Source: Macrostomum lignano (lineage: Eukaryota). From it: 44,923 bases of DNA. This document shows positions 39,971 to 44,923 of the stretch, in pieces (the first letter of the stretch is position 1; each line of letters starts with the position of its first letter). The stretch covers positions 1-44,923 of the forward strand of contig NIVC01004467.1 in the NCBI GenBank assembly GCA_002269645.1. Reading direction: 5' to 3'. The notes beneath the pieces are model-generated. The model did not search any database and had not been told where the DNA came from. It saw only the letters and a program-made list of their open reading frames with translations. A program made the translations under genes and the position numbers.

Positions 39971-42932
39971 ATGACAACTAAGAGCAGTAGAGCAACACAG
40001 CACAATTTAGCTGGTAGCCACACTGATGCCCATGCAGACAATTCACTTTTGCATCGCCTTAAGGAGGCCATTGTGCAGGACAATCCCACTGCTCTTATGT
40101 GCATTAAAACTGCTGCAAAAGACTGCAGCGAGGTAAATAACTGGGTTGCCTGTTTCAATTTTAATTATAGTAAAACTTAATCTTCAGTGATCTTTAAGCA
40201 TTTGCAAACAATCTGCTTCCAGGAGCAATGGGATCGGGTATTCAACCAGTTGAACAGCCGCCACCAAGCCTACGTGTGTCAGAAAACGGAGCAGCACTGT
40301 AATGAGCTGCGCGAATTGCAGGTTAGCTTTTTAGATTGCAAATGTATATTTATTCATGTGTGTTTCTATATTTCTACTAACAGTAGCTTAAATCGATATC
40401 TGCGCGAAAATTATTTCTTTTGCAGAATACTGTAAGGCGAAACCTGGCTACAGAGCGTCGCCTACTTGACGAGCAGCTTGCCAATCACAGGAGCGCCATT
40501 GCTGATGACCCCGGATTGGCCACCAATCGCAAGTCCAAGGGCTCGGGAGGCAAGTAGTTGAAATTTTCAATTGAAAATTTCCATAACCCTGCTTTTGATA
40601 ATATTTAGGTCCAGGAGCTCGACCTTCTTGAAATAATGTTGAATATCCCAACTGTCTTGGATTGCCTTGTGAACTTAAAACTGCCTGTAAAAATTGACAA
40701 AAAACTTTTGGCCACCTGTAATAGCTGGTTTTTTTTAATTCCAGATCTGACCCCAATCAGCACAGAGGAGAGGCGCAACCTGTGCGATCACCTGGCTGAG
40801 GTGAGCGCTTAGGTTGACCAATTGGAGTGACAGGAATGGCGCCAAGGTGTGATAGGAGGGGCGCCAAGGAGTGACAGGAATGGCGCCAAGGTGTGACAGT
40901 AATGGCGCCAAGGAGTGACAGTAATGGCGCCAAGGAGTGACAGGAGGGGCGCCAAGGAGTGACAGGAATGGCGCCAGGGAGTGACAGGAGTAGCGCCAAG
41001 GAGTGACAGGAATGGCGCCAAGATTAATGACAGGTATTGGTAGCAGAGCCGCCAAGGTAAAAGTAAAGTGGCGCAAGAGTCTCTTTACTCACCTGCTCGC
41101 AGCCCGCCAGCTTGGCAACCGAGGCCCAGCCAATTCCAAACAGCGGCGCTTCTGTAGGCTCCGAAGCAGACGAATTAGCTCGACTCCATTTGGCGCTGGC
41201 TGCCAAAGAGCGCGAGCTGGCGCTAGCGGAGAACCAACTGGCCCGCAGTCGGCACCTGTGCGACAGTCTGCTGGGCCGACTGACAGCTGCGGAGGCCGAG
41301 CTGCAGTACCTGCGAAATCGGAGCAGCAACAGGCGAGTCTCTATGATAGCTGTCGGCGGGGACGAAGGCGATGCGGCCGAACAACAGGTGAGGAAAAATC
41401 GTCAAGTTGTTGAACTGCAAACGATCTATCTGTGTGCTAATATTTCTACTGTAAGTAGCGCAGTCAGTAGTTTATAATCTATCTGTGTGCTAATATTTCT
41501 ACTGTAAGTAGTGCAGTCAGTAGCTTATAATCTATCTGTGTGCTAATATTTCTACTGTAAGTAGTGCAGTCAGTAGCTTATAATTTATCTGTGTGCTAGT
41601 ATTTCTACTGTAAGTAGCGCAGTCAGTAGTTTATAATCTATCTGTGTGCTAATATTTCTACTGTAAGTAGTGCAGTCAGTAGTTTATAATCTATCTGTGT
41701 GCTAATATTTCTACTGTAAGTAGCGCAGTCAGTAGTTTATAATCTATCTGTGTGCTAATATTTCTACTGTAAGTAGTGCAGTCAGTAGTTTATAATCTAT
41801 CTGTGTGCTAATTATAAGCAGTACATTATTCCTACCTACTAATTTTAGGCTCAAACGGTAGCAGGAGACGCCGCCGCCGACAGTCTGCGCCGTTCTCTGG
41901 CCGATCTGGAGCGCCGGAGAATCATCGACACCGCAGACGCTCTTGACTTGCCGGGCGATCCCGCTGAACTGGAGCGGCGCTACGACTGTCTGCAAGTGGA
42001 ACGGCGCGAGGTTGAGGCTGCCCTGACTAGGGTGCCCCGGACCGACTCTGCGCATCACACTTGGCACAGCGTGCGGGATCAGGTCTGGCTGCCATCTACA
42101 ATTGAGTTTCTTGAATTCCATAATTGCATAATTCATAAAGTTTATGGTCATAAATTTCATAATAATTCCTAAATTGTATATTTAATGCTTTCAGAATCAT
42201 CAAATTCGTAATTCATTTTTCCATAAGCCATAATTATCTCAATATCAAAGCTCATAATTCATAAATTTCATAATTTTAAAGTTACATCTTTAATAAATTA
42301 CATAGTTCATAAATAATTTCTTGATTATTACATTTTTATAAAAGTTCCTGACACTCTTAATAAGCTACTGTGGGTATTTTCTACTAAGTAGTATTAATCG
42401 TATTTTAAACAGAAACCTATTTGAAAAATTTTTCCAAACCTTCACTCAGAGTCGCAGGATTAAAAAAGTAGTGCGAATCTCTCTGACTGGACAAAAAAGG
42501 CCTCACGTAGGTGACGGTTGCGGACAAGTTTAGCTGCTAGAGTCATCATGATCAACTTGCAAACTTTATTATTTATACAATCTATCATTTTGTAATCGAT
42601 TTTCTAACACGCTGTAAGACTGTAATTACTCTTTACCTGTATCAATCACGATAACCAGTTGTTGCGCGATTTACACCCGTGAGGGCCAACCCCCAAGACA
42701 GAGAGTCAGCGGAATGGGCAGGTGGATGTGTATTGATTTCGCTGAAGGCGTTGCGCCCAGGGTGCCCCGCAACCCTCGTGTCCCGCTACATACATGCCAA
42801 ACATCTTCATTCACGATTCTCATGAACCCCGAAACTCGAATTGGCCAGGAGCTGCTCGAGCAGAAGTTGGACAGCATCGATCGCGAGCTGGTGCACCTGC
42901 GCAACAGTCTGAAACATTTCCACCTGATTTGA
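39971..42932 (+). CDS. Coiled-coil protein with MPHOSPH9-like C-terminus, 7 exons, ~347 aa
   Basis: Exons 39971-40132, 40223-40321, 40426-40549 (GC donor), 40745-40800, 41103-41387, 41849-42082 and 42849-42932 total 1044 nt in frame. The C-terminus LQVERREVEAALTRVP...Q/ELLEQKLDSIDRELVHLRNSLKHFHLI resembles the MPHOSPH9 end as I recall it. The gene structure is better supported than the name. Confidence 0.75.
40822..41075. repeat. 22-bp minisatellite GGAGTGACAGGAATGGCGCCAA (intronic)
   Basis: About 9 units then degenerate GCCAAG remnants, in intron 40801-41102. Confidence 0.94.
41424..41812. repeat. 53-bp tandem repeat (~7 copies), intronic
   Basis: Unit ATCTATCTGTGTGCTAATATTTCTACTGTAAGTAG(C/T)GCAGTCAGTAG(T/C)TTATA, with starts at 41424, 41477 and onward. 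Confidence 0.96.
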
Positions 42933-43459
42933 GACTGATCAGATTTGCAATGACGAGCAATTGAGCAATGACTCAGCTACACGTAGCAATAATAAAAACG
43001 TAAATATTTTTTTCCTCTGTAATTTGTGTAATTTAATTCCAATTTTAATTATCTTCCATATTTTTCTACAGCTAAATTCTATTATTTTCTATTTTTGGGT
43101 ATCGGACTTTTTGTTCGTTAACTTTTATTCGTAAAAATTATTATTAATTTGTAATATACCTTACCTTATGCAATCTGCAAGTTTTTTATTCATAAATAAA
43201 AATTGTTACTCTGACGCTCTTATTACCTATATTTCTAATTAACACGGGTGTTTTTTCTTTATCTATTTAATTATTCACTATATGAAGTTTAATTATGCCC
43301 TTGACAGGTCGACAGCTCGCGCTTTATACATGTACATGTTGTTTTCTGCATGCTTAATTTCATTTGCGGCATGAAATTACATGTAACTGTAACTGCATAT
43401 TTACATGGAATATATAGCTAATTGTTATGCTTTTAATATAGTAAGTTACATTTAATTTA

Positions 43460-43830
43460 ATCCATCATCGGAGGGGACAGGGAGGACATGTCCCCCCCAT
43501 TAAAAGCTATGGGGGACGTGCCAATGCTTTGTCCCCCCCCACCCCACCTGTGACTCGTTGTGGTAAACAATAATTTTTCTTCAAGGCGCCAAACTATAGC
43601 GCCTTCGGTGCCAAAATGAGTAGTACACTAGTACATGCCTACTGCGCTAATGAGTTCCTGCGGCGCTAAAAGGAATCTTTGCGGCGCTAAAAAGAGTGCC
43701 TGCCTACGGCGCCAAATGAGTGCTGACAACACGGATTCTCAAAATAATGAAAATGTAGGAATTTATCATGTATAAACATGTTGAATTATTGGCCTTGTCC
43801 CCCCACCATAAAATCCGGGTGATGCCCCTG
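43460..43830. mobile_element. Probable hAT-type MITE (degenerate)
   Basis: The right end GGGTGATGCCCCTG (= CAGGGGCATCACCC), G/C-run subterminal motifs (GGGGACA...TGTCCCCCC) at both ends and internal GCGGCGCTAAAAG repeats form a GC-rich island in AT-rich DNA. The left TIR is eroded. Confidence 0.45.
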
Positions 43831-44923
43831 CTAATTTAACAGTTTAAAAATATATTACATGTAGTAATATATAAGTTGCTACTTTTCTAACAAAGGTCTT
43901 TCCAAACTGCGACAGCAATGTGATTCCCACTCGGAGTTTTCCTTTCACACAATTTAAAGTCTTTAAATGAAAATTCAGGTTATTTTTGCTTTTTATATTT
44001 TGACTAACTTATATTTTGTATTTTAAGTCATTTTGGTCAATTTAACATTGCTAGCTGAGTTGGATATATAAAAATTTGTTAGTTTAAGAAAAAACGCGGA
44101 ACTACAATTTTAGTATTTCAAAAAGGCGACTTTCCACGAAAGACGCGATTTTGTAACAAGATTAGCGAAGGATTAATAATATCTTTAGTACCGCGTTCTT
44201 TAACGCTTTGTACGTTTTATAAATATATAAAGAAGTGGAATGGAAATATATTATAAATAGTAATTTTTATAAAGGTTAAAAGAAAACACTCTAGAACGTT
44301 TCGAAATATATATTAAACGTGAAAACTAGGTTTAAAATGTCTATTACAAAAATTCTTGATACCAGTTATGAATTAACAGGATCTTATTTTTTAGAAATGA
44401 TGACTTTTGTTTGTTATTAATGTATATATGTTGATTTTAGAGCCTTTGTATTTAGAAATGTAATTTCTTGACTTGAAAAAGTTGTTATCATGTTTGTATT
44501 TTAAATTGTTATGTTTTTAGGCCCACTGGCCCATTCAATATTTCTGGTAGCAATAATAATTAGTTTTTTAAATACATTCAATTAGACTAAGTTAATATTC
44601 TAGCAAACACCTTTTTTCTTAATCAAGTTGAGGTTTGAAATCAAATTTAAAGAGATAAAAGAATAATATCTACATTAATGATTATTACACTACCCTTGGC
44701 CTTGTGCATTTTAAGGTAATAGAAATTTTTTAATACATACTTTTATTGTCAATAGGAGTTAAAATATGCAAAAAATAGTTTCAGATAAAAGACTAATGAA
44801 TGTTATACTATATTATAAACATTATTCTCATGTTTAGCTGATACTATTTTTAGTAATGGATGTATCTAATAGTGTCTTAATTCATAAATTATTGGATATT
44901 TCAGAACTAAGTATATATCAAAT

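Overview
Eukaryotic (animal) genomic DNA, not prokaryotic. GC-rich, Ala/Gln/Ser-rich exons are separated by introns largely filled with different micro- and minisatellites; this is compatible with a free-living flatworm such as Macrostomum, which is inference only. Hand-spliced gene models with consistent intron phases: (1) a minus-strand spectrin-repeat protein gene (~4.8-8.7 kb) with RFX X-box motifs upstream; (2) an intron-containing Crypton-type tyrosine recombinase (13.2-14.6 kb, minus) beside a 35-bp inverted-repeat hairpin, with the same GGATAAT motif repeated at the far side of the gene; (3) a two-exon Tob/BTG gene (19.5-22.0 kb, plus); (4) a six-exon ZNF106-like ZnF + coiled-coil + WD40 gene (24.2-37.3 kb, minus) whose third intron hosts a same-strand intronless class A GPCR; (5) a seven-exon coiled-coil gene with an MPHOSPH9-like C-terminus and a GC-AG intron (40.0-42.9 kb, plus). 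Mobile DNA also includes two related CAAGG-ended MITE/foldback elements with 7/8-matching 8-bp flanks, a tRNA-headed CORE-type SINE, a 3' LINE fragment and hAT-like remnants. Most long ORFs in the supplied track are artefacts of tandem repeats. All family assignments come from motif recognition by eye; no database search was run.
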